Source: Fistulifera solaris
Lineage: Eukaryota
DNA length: 64,000 nucleotides
NCBI GenBank assembly: GCA_030295235.1
Contig: AP026134.1
Location: 744,001 to 808,000, forward strand
Direction of reading: 5' to 3'
Of the stretch, positions 1 through 12,171 are shown in pieces. The notes below the pieces were generated by a model. That model had not been told where the DNA came from. It ran no database searches and saw nothing but the letters and a program-made list of their open reading frames with translations. The stretch's first letter is position 1. Every line of letters starts with the position of its first letter. Both the position numbers and the translations under genes were made by a program.

Positions 1-3000
1 TTTCCCAATGGCTTGTTTTCAGCAGGCGTGTCGCAAGAATTACAATCAGCCATGTCGGTGGCTTCGATGACGCGTTTAATGAGACCTTTCTGGGTCAACT
101 CGATAGTATCTCCACGACGGGTAAACTGAATTCCCAAGAACGCGGAAACATCTTTCGACTCCACAGTTAAAGTTAAAACCTTGTCAATAGTGTCAATCAT
201 GTCATCCATGCACTTTTCATCGAGACTGAACCAAAGGCAATCATCGACATAAGTCAAACAAATAATTTTCGTGCACGAACAGGCAAGCATCGATGTCGAC
301 CAACTGTTTGAAACCATGCTTCTCCAAAGTGTCCTTCAACAAGTTGAAGAATCGGAGTGGACTGTCGGACTTTCCGTAAAGCGTCTTCTGGAGCATCAAA
401 ACAGTGTCTTCGCCATCGTCGTGAAATCCTTGAGGCATCTCAATGTAGCACTCTTCAGTAGGTGGCAAAGGGGCTTGAGCAAACGCATTGACATAATCAA
501 CTTGGCGGGTATGCATTCCGTGGACGATGGACATAATTAACAGCAACCGAACTGTGGACCACTGTACGACAGGAGAGTAGGACTCGAAGTAGTCTACTCC
601 TTTTATCTCCATGTCGCCACGAACACAAAACCTCGCCTTGTACTTCGTGGGTGTCCCATCCGGTGAACGTTTAAGCCGAAACGCCCAAGTGGATTTTATC
701 ACGCGCTTATTCGCAGGTACTGAAGCTCGCGGAATTTTCTTCCACGTCCCCATCATCTCCAACATTCGAATTTCTTTCACCATCGCCTCTTGCCATTCTC
801 GATATTCGGCAGACGACATTGCTTGATGATACATTGGATAGTCGGGATCGGAACCTTTCTTTGGCTTCTTTGCACGCTGCATAGCGGCAAAAGCAACAGG
901 GTCGCGCAAATCAAACTCGCCGATCTCCGAATCCCAACAAGCAACAAGGCCGGAATGAATCGACGCAATAAAAGAGAAAAGTTTCGCGAGGAATCGGCGC
1001 AAGAACAACCGAAGCAACGTTTGTAATAAATTCATTGAATCTCTTTGGAGCACGTCTCTCGCGAGTGGATCGGCGAGGTTCGGCAGGAACAGCTGGTGTC
1101 TTCTTCCGCGGCGAACTTGATGGAGGCTTGGCATCCACAGCAACCTTTGGAGCAGGAATCGGCTCAACCGGCTTTGAAATAGGCTCAGATAATTTAACAG
1201 GAGTAGTAACTGTCTTTTGTTCTGGCTCCCTCTGCAATGTAGGCTCGTTTGAACTCTTTTCAGTTGTAGGCTCGGCATCGGTTCGTAATCGCTGGTGCAC
1301 TTTGTCGAAATCAACTGGAGGGCTAGCAGTGTCTTGGACGCCCGAATTTTGCGAGATCGCTCTTGAATTCGAACATGCAACTCATCTTGACTCAACCATT
1401 CATCATCCAAGTCGATCGGATCATCCTCATCGAAAAATACCTGAAAGCGAGATGATGCGAAGATGTCGGCCCAAGTCTCCGGATCGACAGAATCATCCTC
1501 ATTAACGACAGTCGGAAACAGTGGCAAACCAATCATCAACAACAACATGGAACTGCGCGGAAATCCGGTTTGTTTCTAGGTTCAGAACGACAGGAACATT
1601 CGATGCATGCCGCTTTGACAAACCCAAGAAAACGCCAGCGTCTCGAGCGAGGTTCAAATTTTGGAATCTTGTGCCCATCTTGCAATTGAGGGTTCAAAAT
1701 ATACGCGGGTGATCCCCATACATGCATATCAGCAAACACTTTTCGATCGGTCGTTGTTCTGAAGATCATATCAGCCGGAGATGAATTATTTTCGCCCGGG
1801 TCCGTAGTTGAAATTTTGAACGACATAATCGATCGCCTGAGGCCACAAATCCGAAGAAATCGCTTTCGGCCAACGCAGTTTAGCATGTAGCATCGTGGTG
1901 CGTGCAAGAGATATAATACTTCCGATCGCGCGCTCAGCAACAGCATTTTGGTGGTGAGCACCAGGTCCACTGAGAGTCATCGACTGGTAGTTCGTATCAA
2001 TTTGCTTTGTGAACTCCTGCGCCGTAAGCGTGCCATTGTCGGTATGATATTGGACCACCGTGATGCCGTGATTAGCCATTGCACTTTCGAACTCCAACTT
2101 GGCGCGCAAAGCCTCGCCAGCAGTAAAATTCAAAACGTGAACGACGTACACGAATCCACTTGCATGATCGACAAAAATCACACCGCCTTTGAACTTCTCA
2201 TCATCTTTGGTACCACCGAAACCAGAGTAGAGACGTCCCCTCGTTGAAACAGAGAAGTGATCCATTGAAACCTTCTGGCCCGGAATTAAAATATCCTTCG
2301 AGAGAACTTTGGATTGGCGATCGACGGTCAATTTTGCTCCAGTCGACTTGCGCTTTCCTTTTCCATACATGCAAGCAGCGCACTTGGGAATATCACAACG
2401 CGCCGCCGCTTTGACTTCAGCAGACTTTCCGAGAGCGCCGGTTTTGAGCAAGGCTTGAATATTTTTCATGCTTCGGTGAACAAATCGGAAATGTAAGCGA
2501 AGAAGAAATTTCTGTGCTTCACTCAAGTTTTGATTCTCAGCCAGCGGTCACACAGTTTCGAATCTTTGCAGCATTGAGAGCAACAGATTGTTTTCGGAAC
2601 ATCTCCAGAGTAGGCAAGTTGTTTTCCGGAGAGTAAACAATATCAAGAAAGTGGCCGTCCAACAGATCGACATGAATGAGGCTCGAGTCGCCTGAAAAAC
2701 GCGGTTCGTCGTTACGTTGCGCCTTCACCAATTGACAGTAGGACTGTGGGCTGAAGAGTCGGACATTGGCATCGGGCACATGTAGCCCAGGGATCCGAAA
2801 AGTAAAGCCCTTGCCGTTGGACAGAGTAACAGTCCACTCAAGAGTGCCCGTGCCGGCAATCGAAGAACCTGCAGCAAAGCCAGACAAAACTTTATCGCCA
2901 GTAGTCGGAGTGTAGGACGTGAAGTCAGCACGGTCGAAAGTAACAGCAACTGTGGCTCCAGTATCCCAAATAACCGGAAACAGATCCGCCATGGTAGGCT

Positions 3001-5330
3001 TTCCAGCGACATGCACTTGATGCAAAGCAGGGAGGGCATAAATAGACGGGGGCAGCTTCGCGTACGGTGTAAAGTAGGCTTTAGAGTTGTCTACACTATT
3101 ATCTCCCTCTCGAAGCAACATCGTCTCACTTTCACTAGCAGCTCCCTCTGGAAAGAAATGCCCAGTGGGATAGCAAAACAGAAGAGAGTCGTCCAGTAGG
3201 TTCCAAGGCTTAGGATGCCCGTTCGGCGGACACGATAAATCTAAAGACTCGGTACACAAATGGCCATTGCTGTCAATCATATCCGGAAGCTCCAAGGCCC
3301 AACGAGGAATCGCTTCGAAGTCTTCGACGACGTTTGCTCCTCTCGCAGTTTCGACAAAACGATTTTGCTTGCGACGCCGAAAAACACCATCCTCACCATG
3401 CTGACAAGACGAATCGTTTGAAGATGAAGAAGGATCAGGAGGTCGGCAAACGTCGGCTGCGATCACTTGGATGAAACTGGTAGCAGCCATGCCAGGGCGG
3501 GCACCAAGTTGACTCCATAAACAACACCGGGGGCGCCGAGCGTAAGCGTCACTCGCCACATGCTCGTCATGATCGAAGAAAGCACCATGAAACGACACGG
3601 GAGAGAGATGAGACGCTCGGGCAAAGGCGTGAATCGCGGCCGAAGACCAAGAGAGCGACGATGAGCGGCACTTTGGGCACGCAACCACTTCGAGATGGTC
3701 GCAGCAACACGGAAATGACGCCACCAAGAAAAGCACTCCACAATCAACCAGCAAAGAATAAAATGCTTCGGCAAAAGCTCCAACAATAAACGACCGATAA
3801 ATATGGACAAAAGGCTCAGGAAGGGACCTCGATCGAAGGTTCACCTTCCCTGCCGATTTCCTATTCGAATCGCTGTCGGAACCCCAACAGAACTGCAAGG
3901 GTGCCGTCCAAGCTTGAGCAACATTAGCGGCAGGAGCGGCGGGCTTGGCATCAGCGGGCTTCTCTTCTTTGCTCTTGTGCTCGTCGGTTCCATGAGTCTG
4001 GTTCCAACGCTTGCACTTGGCTGGCAATAATAGAAAGTCTTGCCGTACTTGGTCATGGTGGTGGGCTCGCCGTCCTTCGGCGATGCGAGTCCAACGAGTT
4101 TCGGTCGAACCACCGCTTTTCTTTTCGCCATCACCACCGCTAGCCTTCGGAGCAGCCTTGTCTTTGTTCGCCTTCTTGTCTTTGGTCTTCGAGGAGGCAG
4201 TTTTAGTGCCGTTTGACTCGAATTTCGACTTGAGGGTCTTGAACTCGGCTTTGAGACTCTTGATAGCCGCAGTATTAGCACTAACATCAGTAGCAACTCC
4301 TTTAGCCGGTCCCCAATCATCCTTAAGAGTGCTGTAGAAATCTTTAGCTTCATGGAGAATGCGGCGATAGTTTGTATAACCGCTCATCCTTTCAGCAACT
4401 TCCTTCGACTTTCCGGCAGAGAGACGCACAAAGTCGGAGAGAGATGCCAACCGTGTGCCAGTGAACACGAACGCTTCGACCGAACATTTGCACAGCTGCT
4501 GCTGCAAAATAATCAAGTGGTCGCGAGGGAGCTGGTCATTAGCTTCCAACTCCTGCAAAGTCTCCATCTGCGCATTCGCCCAAGCAGCAACATTCTCACC
4601 GGGAGTTTCAACCAACGTGCGCTTGGTGAACTCTTCTCCGAGCTCTGAGACACGGCGAAATGCGTTGGGAAGAACTTCTTCGGTGATTTTCATCCAAACC
4701 AAAGGGCCAAAGCGCTGCATGGCCGGAACTCAAGGAAGTACGAATCGTGCGCTGGAAGGAGCGCTCCAACGAGTTGAGCAGAAAAGCAGCCGAATCGCTA
4801 AGCGAGTTGATCATGTACTGATCAAAGACACCGGACTTGATCATGTCTTCAAGATGCTTCGCGACTTCGTCGAAAGTGAACTTGCCATGGTACACGAAGA
4901 GATCGATGACACGACTGAGATCAGCAGGATCATTCATGTAGAACGGCGTATCGAGACCATGCGTAATACAATGGTTGAACGCTTCATCCGCGAGCTCAAC
5001 AAGGCGGTAGTCATTCGCAGTAGGACTGAACTTGGGGTCGAGACCGGCGATGCGATCCTTAAAACTTTTCTCAGCGCGATAAGGATTCGGATCTCGGAAG
5101 CAGTAGGGCGTCGCAGGCACAAGGTTAACACTGCGAGTAAAGTTTGCATCCGGAGGACCACCAATAGCTGGGATAGAACCTTGAACAAGGCCGAACTTTG
5201 GCGCGAGAACGGGCTCGGAAAAAGTGGCCTGAACATCCTTTTCGACTTTTGCGCTCGGTGAAACTGCGAGTCGAGTACCGGCGGTCACCGGAGGAGGTTT
5301 CCTGTCATCAGTTTCGCTATCGGAAGACAT
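1..5330 (-). CDS. copia Gag-Pol polyprotein, split over several ORFs by indels
   Basis: ATG at 5330 (MSSDSETDD). ORF pieces 4608-5354, 2537-4720, 1786-2526, 1536-1970, 911-1300 and 241-1548 join into gag/PR/IN/RT. A Gag zinc knuckle can be reconstructed across two frames: FYYC-x-KC-KRWNQTH-GTDEH (CCHH type). Confidence 0.88.
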
Positions 5331-5415
5331 AATGCGAATAACGAAAGACGACAAAAGGGAGTAAGTAGGGCACGTGTATCAAACAACTGCAAAGACTGTA
5401 CCAGATAGTGTGAAT

Positions 5416-5429
5416 CTGGGCTCGTAACC
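5416..5429 (-). promoter_or_regulatory. primer-binding site, internal tRNA-iMet type
   Basis: Minus strand GGTTACGAGCCCAG is close to the GGTTATGRGCCCAG PBS of copia elements primed by a tRNA-iMet fragment. It lies ~90 nt upstream of the gag ATG. Confidence 0.65.
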
Positions 5430-5691
5430 TCTCACGTATCGACGGACAGAAACAGAAATTCTGTCAACCAAGTCGCTACGTTTCGCAACAACAGAAGAGG
5501 AAGTATCTGGTAGAGCTAAGACGATAAACAGTCAAAGTTTTCCAAACAACAATATTATGAAGCCTTTACAAATCCGACAAATGAACAAGGTGGAATCTCA
5601 CTGGGTGATGGTTCCGCCCGAGAATGTCACTGCCATCGGACTAGGTCTTGTTTTATCTTGAAATTCTGAGCTCACGTATGTGGCTCTAACA
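5430..5691 (-). repeat. candidate 5' LTR (~260 bp)
   Basis: The minus strand begins TGTTAGAG at 5691 and ends immediately before the PBS-like motif, in ...GTGAGA rather than canonical CA. The second LTR is outside the window, so the boundaries are inferred. Confidence 0.5.
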
Positions 5692-5936
5692 TTCTTGTAT
5701 CGCGTTGCTTGCAAACCTTTCACGCCTTCACGATCAACCCAAATCGTTGCAAAGACCCTTGGGCCTCGCCCAAGAGGTTACATTCGGATGCTTCCGATTT
5801 GGGGATCGGAATTCGCATTAGGTCGTCGCGGCCATATTGGCTGAGTCCCTAGTAGTCTGCCCGCTATCCGCATTTCCGTGACAACAACTACTCCGAGTAC
5901 CAGGTACAAGGGAACCATTCCAAATTGTTTGGGTGG

Positions 5937-7067
5937 ATGCCATTTGCGAGAATGCTATTTCGAACTGTCTTTCACTTGCTTGTGCTGTGGAGAACAAGCG
6001 AAGGCTTTCACATTCCCTCCTACTTATCGGCTGGGGGCTCCGCTCTCACTGCTTCGACGGCGGATCGTATGTCGACGACGAGCGCGCGGACGATCGTGGA
6101 CCAATCGACCTTGACTCTACTCGAACACATTAACATCAACGTTCCTTCTCACGAACATGTCTTGCCATTTTATTATGATTTACTGGGATGTGGGATGGAT
6201 CCACGAAAAGCCAGCAATCTGCTACCAAATGCGCCCAAGAAAACAATTTGGGCCAATTGTGGTGCCTCACAATTTCATTTGCCCTACGGTTCGGTGGCGC
6301 AACGAATACCTGGTCATATTGGCTTGCTCTACAATTCACTCGACGGTCTCAAAGAACGACTGGAAACGCACGGAAAGATTTGTAAAAATTTCGAAATAGG
6401 TAGTGACAATGGTAGAGAATTCATTCGACTGGTAGATCATTACAATAATGTGTTTTACTGTCGACAAGATTCTCTGACCGATCGACGAGCCGTGGAAGAA
6501 CAGTGGATGCAGCCGATTATTTCACCCGAGAACACGGAATTCCCTCCCGACATGGTCCAGCGTTTCGGACGCGATTGCTCCGAATGCCGTGGCATTGATT
6601 ATGTCGAATTCCTTTGCCCCGTCGGAACCGCCGAACGTATCGCCTTGTTTTATGAATCCGTGTTTGATGCTACTACATCCGTCGTCGAATCCCGAGGCAT
6701 TCCAGTGGCCGTCGTGGCGTTGGGAAATGTCGACGAACATGGTCGTGCGGATCAATCTCTCTTGTTTCGAGAAACATCGGAGCCTCTTCCACCGTACGAT
6801 GGACATCACGTGGCCATGTACGTGGGTGAATCCGTGGCCGATTTCGAACGGGCATTTGCCAACGCGATTACGGCGGGTATTGTTTGGGTGAATCCACGCT
6901 TCAATGACCAAGCCCACGATCTGGCGGGGGCACGGAAATGGAAACAATTTCGGTTCAAAAATATTATTGACATGGAAACGGGGGAGACGGTGTTTGAGTT
7001 AGAACACGAGATGCGATCGATTGATCATGAAGCTTGGCCAGGTACTCGAGTTGTTGGAGAACAATAA
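5937..7067 (+). CDS. glyoxalase/VOC-fold protein, probably plastid-targeted
   Basis: LEHININVP..FYYDLLG, QFHLP, GHHVAMYV repeated VOC-like motifs; N-terminal signal peptide ending SEG-F. Confidence 0.65.
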   Translation: MPFARMLFRTVFHLLVLWRTSEGFHIPSYLSAGGSALTASTADRMSTTSARTIVDQSTLTLLEHININVPSHEHVLPFYYDLLGCGMDPRKASNLLPNAPKKTIWANCGASQFHLPYGSVAQRIPGHIGLLYNSLDGLKERLETHGKICKNFEIGSDNGREFIRLVDHYNNVFYCRQDSLTDRRAVEEQWMQPIISPENTEFPPDMVQRFGRDCSECRGIDYVEFLCPVGTAERIALFYESVFDATTSVVESRGIPVAVVALGNVDEHGRADQSLLFRETSEPLPPYDGHHVAMYVGESVADFERAFANAITAGIVWVNPRFNDQAHDLAGARKWKQFRFKNIIDMETGETVFELEHEMRSIDHEAWPGTRVVGEQ

Positions 7068-7183
7068 GTTTTGTAGAGATAGATTTGCAAGCGAGTGTAT
7101 TATTACCAGTAATACAAACATCGTACTGTACTCTAAAAAAATAAACACTAGTCCAAAATTGCGCGATGCCTTCCTTCGATTCA

Positions 7184-7915
7184 TCATTGCGAATCGCGAT
7201 TTAGAGGATTGAGAAACAAAGCCATGGCTCCTACAGCATTCCGTATTTCTCCCCAATCCTGCATTGTGGTAAATTGAATTTCAATCAACGAACCGGACGG
7301 GACTTGTATAAACGTCGCGATTGGCAACAATTGATTGACCAGCAACTCAATGGCAGGATTGTGTCCCACTACCATGACTCTCCGAAACGGCGAAGACCGC
7401 AGAACATCTGCCAGATAATCGCGATATCCGTGATTGCCGTCAAATGCGAGATCGTACCAGGCCGTCGCGTACTGCACGGGAGGAAATCGGTCCTCCCATT
7501 GGGCATGTGTGGCGACCAAATCGAGTGTTTCGCGCGTCCGCAACGATGCGGATGAGAATACTGTATCCGGGGGCGGGATGTGTGCCTTTCGTAACATCTT
7601 TCCGACCCAAATGGCTTCACTTTCTCCCGTCGGATCCAAGGGTTTCTCGAAGTCACTCATTGTGAGTGTGTTTTCCTCCGCGACATTGGCGTGTCGGAGT
7701 AGTAATAATGAAAATGTAGATTGATTGGAAGGACTTCCCATCAGTAATGAAGATTTTCTTTGTTTGAGAAGGCTGTGTTGACGAATGGCAGCAATGAGAA
7801 CGAGAAGAAAGAAAGTTGGCGCTGCGTACGTAAAGCGCATCTTTCTTCTCGGCGAATGGGGAGGCAAAGGGACTTCTATTGAACCATAGCTTACGTTAGG
7901 AGGAGTATCAGCCAT
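7184..7915 (-). CDS. histidine phosphatase (SixA / phosphoglycerate mutase family) with N-terminal TM anchor
   Basis: LLLLRHA, FSSASLRTRET, VMVVGHNP motifs; hydrophobic segment at aa ~30-45. Confidence 0.8.
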   Translation of the reverse strand: MADTPPNVSYGSIEVPLPPHSPRRKMRFTYAAPTFFLLVLIAAIRQHSLLKQRKSSLLMGSPSNQSTFSLLLLRHANVAEENTLTMSDFEKPLDPTGESEAIWVGKMLRKAHIPPPDTVFSSASLRTRETLDLVATHAQWEDRFPPVQYATAWYDLAFDGNHGYRDYLADVLRSSPFRRVMVVGHNPAIELLVNQLLPIATFIQVPSGSLIEIQFTTMQDWGEIRNAVGAMALFLNPLNRDSQ

Positions 7916-8448
7916 GCTGTTCGTTTAAACGATATCAAGGAATACAAGATGCTTGATTGACGATCGAGAAAGTAAGCTTTAAAGCCAAAGACGCTTTCCT
8001 ATTTGTTTTCTTTCCCGAAAATGATTTTTCCACTTTCGCTCGAGTATGTTCGAGCTTCGCGTTTGGGACGATCAAAGGTGAAAACAATTCTGCTCGTCCG
8101 TACGTCGTATGTCGACCGTATCTTTGAAACCCGTTCAGACATCATGATTCTATACGTCTGATGAGAAGAAAACAATTGTGAATTGTGACCCAAACAATGT
8201 CTCCTCGACTCGGGATTCAAATGGGTAGTATCGGAGAAATAGGCCAAAACGAGTCACTGATGGTGAAGGAAGAAACGGGTCACCGATGGCAACGAAGCAC
8301 CAATGTCTTTTGTCGCTTCCTCTGATATTTGCATTTACCTTGATAATATCAGTCAGCATAACAAAGTCACTGTTGGTGCTCTTAAAGCATTTTCCATCTA
8401 TTTCATAGTCAATCTTAATTTCAAGCGGACCCTCATTCAAACAAAAGC

Positions 8449-9539
8449 ATGAAAGAGTTTACATTGCCCCAAGGAGAAGGAAAGAAAAGTCTGCGTAGGA
8501 GGAGGCGCCGGCTTCATTGGCTCACACATTGCGAAGCGTCTCAAAACAGCGGGTTACTACGTAGTAGTCGTTGACTGGAAAGAGAATGAGTTCATGGAGA
8601 AAGACGAATTCTGCAACGAGTTCATTCTCGATGACTTGCGCAAGCTGGAAGTCGCCTGCCGTGCCTGCGAAGGATGCACCCAAGTTTACAACTTGGCGGC
8701 CGACATGGGTGGTATGGGATTCATCGTATCTAACGAGTCGGTTTTGGCCTTTAACAACACGGCCATTAGTATGAACATGTTGGAAGGAGCTCGTCGTGCC
8801 GGAGTCAAGGACTTCTTCTACGCTTCTTCAGCCTGTGTCTACAACGAGGCTAAACAAGAAGACCCCGCAAATCCCGGCCTCATCGAGTCCGATGCCTGGC
8901 CGGCCCGCCCTCAAGACATGTACGGACTCGAGAAACTCTATGCCGAGGAAATGGCATTGGCTTACGGACGTGACTTCGACATGAACATTCGTATCGCTCG
9001 CTTCCATAATATCTATGGACCGCGGGGTACCTGGAAGGGTGGACGTGAGAAAGCCCCAGCGGCTTTTTTGCCGAAAGGCCTTGACCAGCACCGACCACTT
9101 TGAAATGTGGGGAGATGGAAAACAGACGCGAAGTTTTACTTTCATCGACGACTGTGTGGAGGGCGTTTTGCGTCTCACCTTTTCGGATTGCAATGTGCCT
9201 ATCAACTTGGGTACCACCGAAATGGTGGACATGATCGAGTTTGCCAAAATCGCCATGTCCTTTGAAGACAAGAACTTGCCAATCAAGCACATTGAGGGTC
9301 CTATGGGAGTCAGAGGGCGTAACTCAAACAATGTGCTCATCATGGAGAAGTTGGGATGGGAGCCTACCATTAAGATAGCCGAAGGCCTCAAGAAAACATA
9401 CTTCTGGATTAAGGAGCAAATCGAGAAAGAAGGTGGCGATGCAACCAAGTACTCTCACAGTGAAATTGTTCAGCAGGTGGACGACTCTTTGATGCAGTTG
9501 GGTCATGATAAAAGTACTGCTGTCGAAGGAACAAAGTAA
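8449..9539 (+). CDS. GME: GDP-mannose 3,5-epimerase
   Basis: VCVGGGAGFIGSH, NLAADMGGMGFI, YGLEK, RFHNIYGPRGTWKGGREKAPAAF, GPMGVRGRNS. Two homopolymer indels (~8489, ~9068). Confidence 0.93.
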
Positions 9540-9608
9540 GACTAAAGAGCCACTACTGTCCAAGATTTAGCAATTCTAACTCTAGCTCGTGAACGTAAAA
9601 CAAAAATT

Positions 9609-11939
9609 CTATTTTCGGTATACATTGCGGCTCCATGCTCTCGGTAGATCTTGGACTTTGATCACGCGACGGTACGCGGAGCGTTTAGTGTCACTTGCTT
9701 TGCTATTTTGTGGAAAATCCAAAAGCTTATCTACAAGCTTTGGAGGATTACCTTGGGTTAGGCGTAATAGGACTTCCTTCGATACAAGGCCCTCTTTTCT
9801 GCACTCTTCGAATGCGTATTCTACGCATTTCTTTCGAAGATCACCGGGTGGAATGAGGTTATTGCAGCATTTCAACCAAAACGCATATGTGAAACTGTCC
9901 GGTCGCACCAGATTCGATTTTCTCATCTCCTGATACGTCATCGCAGCAATTTGAAATGCTACGATTTTTTTGCTCGCTTCTATAGTGTTCGCGGCACAAT
10001 TCAGAACGTAATTGTATAGATACTCGTTTGGCCTCAAGTCAGGATCATTTGTTTCCTTGTACAGTTCGAGTAGCTGCACTAGGAGTTCACGAGCCTTCAC
10101 TGCCGAACCATTCGTTCTAGCTAGAGTGAGTATAACCATTGCAAAGGTTCGTGCATTGGGCCTCAAAGTATTATCTTTTGTCTCCTGGTATCGCTGGAAG
10201 GCTTCAGACAATAATTCCTCAGCCTTCTCTGCTGATTGTGGGTCAGTAGACTTGGAAAGGCACTCAATCACTGATGTGTAAGTTACCACATCGGGCTGGC
10301 ACAGCTCGGATTGTTTCATACTTTCCAAAAGCAAAACAGCCTTGCGCGCTGCATCCCGGCTATTCCCCTTCGCGTATGCATTAATCACCATATTGAACAT
10401 TCGGTTAGTAGGCTGAACCGAAATGTCCCCGCTGTCCCACAGTCTCTGCATTCGCATCAATGTTGCTTCTGATTGTTCTGCGACGTCTTCACGATCACTT
10501 TGAATCCAACACTTCATCAAAGTACTGTAAGTGAAGCCGTTGGGTTTGATAGCAGGTTGCTTATGATAGTTGTCTTCCATGAACTTGACAAGCTCTGATA
10601 CTTTTTGCAGCGCTAATTCTTTGTCGGCGCTACGAAGATAGGCGTGGATTACTGAGTTGTAGGAGATAGCATCCGGAGTCAGGTTAGTGCACTTTAAGCG
10701 TAACTCATCCATGAGTTTCAAAACATTTTCCGCCATGTCCGCTCGCCCTTGTCTTCCCCATGCCGCCATTACGCCGTTGAAAGCGATAAGGGACGGTTCC
10801 GACCCAGGCGCAAACTCTCCTTTATTGAACCTATCAACCATTTCTAGAAGAATATCATTGGCTCTGACGGCACCAGTTGATACTGAATTCTTTGCCCAAG
10901 CTAAAATGGCATTGCAATAAGTGTCGGCGTCCAAAATCAAATGAGCTCCATTCTCGATATCATTCGTAGAAAGAGTCAAATTGAGTGTTTTCATTTTGTC
11001 AAGTAGAACTTGCGCCTCGCTGGCACTACCGGCCGATCCACTCTTGCTCCAGACTTCCAAAGTCCAATCATAACACTGCATGAGCGTCAAACCATCCTCA
11101 GTTCTTTGTTCGATGAGCTTCAGTAGCTCGCAAGCTTTTCTCGCGCATTCTCCCTCTTCCAAGTTGGCTTGCTGCCACGCAAATGCATGCAAAACATGTT
11201 TGTATGATTCAACTGGCAGCACTTCAAAGACTTGCTCCATTCGTTTGACCAAACTTTCTGCGCGACGTGCATAATCGCGTTCTCCTCGAGGCGTCGAACA
11301 GACAGCGTATGCCTCTAAAGCAAGGTTGTAAGTCGCAATGGAGACATCAGAAGGCGATTTGAGTTCAATCAGCGTCTCTAATAAATCTTCGATTTGATCT
11401 GCAGCACAAGTAACATGCTGGTGGCGCATCCAGCGGAATCTGCCTCTTCTTAGAAAAGCGTTCATTGCAATACGAAAACTCTCCTCGGTGGCCGCGTTGA
11501 TGTCAATTAAATGATTGAGCATAGTCAGAACACGTTCAGCTCCGTCAATGTCGGTATCCAAGATTTTCGGACGCACGGCTCTATCGCGACTGAGGTGCTC
11601 GTCAATATTTAACTTTAGAACACGTGTCATATCCTCGTTGAATCGTTGATTCAATTCCGATTTTAAAGGGTCAAGTCGAGACGAAGTTTTTTCGCTCTGT
11701 TCTATTTCATCTTCTCTCTGGACTTGAATACTAGAGGTGATTACTGGTTTTGTTCTAGCAAAAGGCGGCAGGGTCGAGCGGTTCAACGTTTCGACAATTC
11801 GAACTGAAATGGTCGGGCTAACCCATGCTGCACAAGTTGCGCGGGCCAGGAGAAACTTTATTAGTAAAACATAACAATATCTCTTCTCAAGATGGGCGGG
11901 ACTCTCTGCTCGTCTTCTCTTGCGACGTGGATTTTGCAT
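9609..11939 (-). CDS. pentatricopeptide repeat (PPR) protein, organelle-targeted
   Basis: Repeated ~35-40 aa helical units: PDAISYNSVIHAY, PNGFTYSTLMKCW, PTNRMFNMVINAYAK, PDVVTYTSVIECL. Confidence 0.9.
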   Translation of the reverse strand: MQNPRRKRRRAESPAHLEKRYCYVLLIKFLLARATCAAWVSPTISVRIVETLNRSTLPPFARTKPVITSSIQVQREDEIEQSEKTSSRLDPLKSELNQRFNEDMTRVLKLNIDEHLSRDRAVRPKILDTDIDGAERVLTMLNHLIDINAATEESFRIAMNAFLRRGRFRWMRHQHVTCAADQIEDLLETLIELKSPSDVSIATYNLALEAYAVCSTPRGERDYARRAESLVKRMEQVFEVLPVESYKHVLHAFAWQQANLEEGECARKACELLKLIEQRTEDGLTLMQCYDWTLEVWSKSGSAGSASEAQVLLDKMKTLNLTLSTNDIENGAHLILDADTYCNAILAWAKNSVSTGAVRANDILLEMVDRFNKGEFAPGSEPSLIAFNGVMAAWGRQGRADMAENVLKLMDELRLKCTNLTPDAISYNSVIHAYLRSADKELALQKVSELVKFMEDNYHKQPAIKPNGFTYSTLMKCWIQSDREDVAEQSEATLMRMQRLWDSGDISVQPTNRMFNMVINAYAKGNSRDAARKAVLLLESMKQSELCQPDVVTYTSVIECLSKSTDPQSAEKAEELLSEAFQRYQETKDNTLRPNARTFAMVILTLARTNGSAVKARELLVQLLELYKETNDPDLRPNEYLYNYVLNCAANTIEASKKIVAFQIAAMTYQEMRKSNLVRPDSFTYAFWLKCCNNLIPPGDLRKKCVEYAFEECRKEGLVSKEVLLRLTQGNPPKLVDKLLDFPQNSKASDTKRSAYRRVIKVQDLPRAWSRNVYRK

Positions 11940-12171
11940 TGTATGTAGTAAGTGACAAGGTGACTTTCATCAAGCATTTAGCATCGATAAAATAATCTTG
12001 TGACGATGGGCAGTTAGATAAATGAAAGTACTGGTAACGCTCGCGTGTTATTTTCTTTTAGATGGCAAGGCGACCAGCGACCGGCCAGCCACGAAAGGCG
12101 GTCTGACCGTTTTACGATGGCTTTTATAAGTTGCTGACGCCTGTGACGGCGGAAACATAAGTAAGGGTAAC

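Larger units (their letters stand above)
1..5691 (-). mobile_element. Ty1/copia LTR retrotransposon (diatom CoDi-like), 3' part runs off the window start
   Basis: Copia domain order on the minus strand: gag, protease (IWDTGAT ~2960), integrase (HFRFVH..C..C zinc finger, FVDHASG, YHTDNG, QNAVAER; ORF 1786-2526), then RT (YKARFCVRGD, VDYVNAF, LYG, and TYVDD at ~240-255 after a frameshift). A candidate PBS and 5' LTR lie upstream. Confidence 0.95.

Noticed and set aside
4455..5261. 268-aa antisense ORF within copia gag, and similar shadow ORFs (e.g. 39192-39959, 57715-58359)
   Set aside because: They are antisense shadows of real coding frames with no independent motifs.
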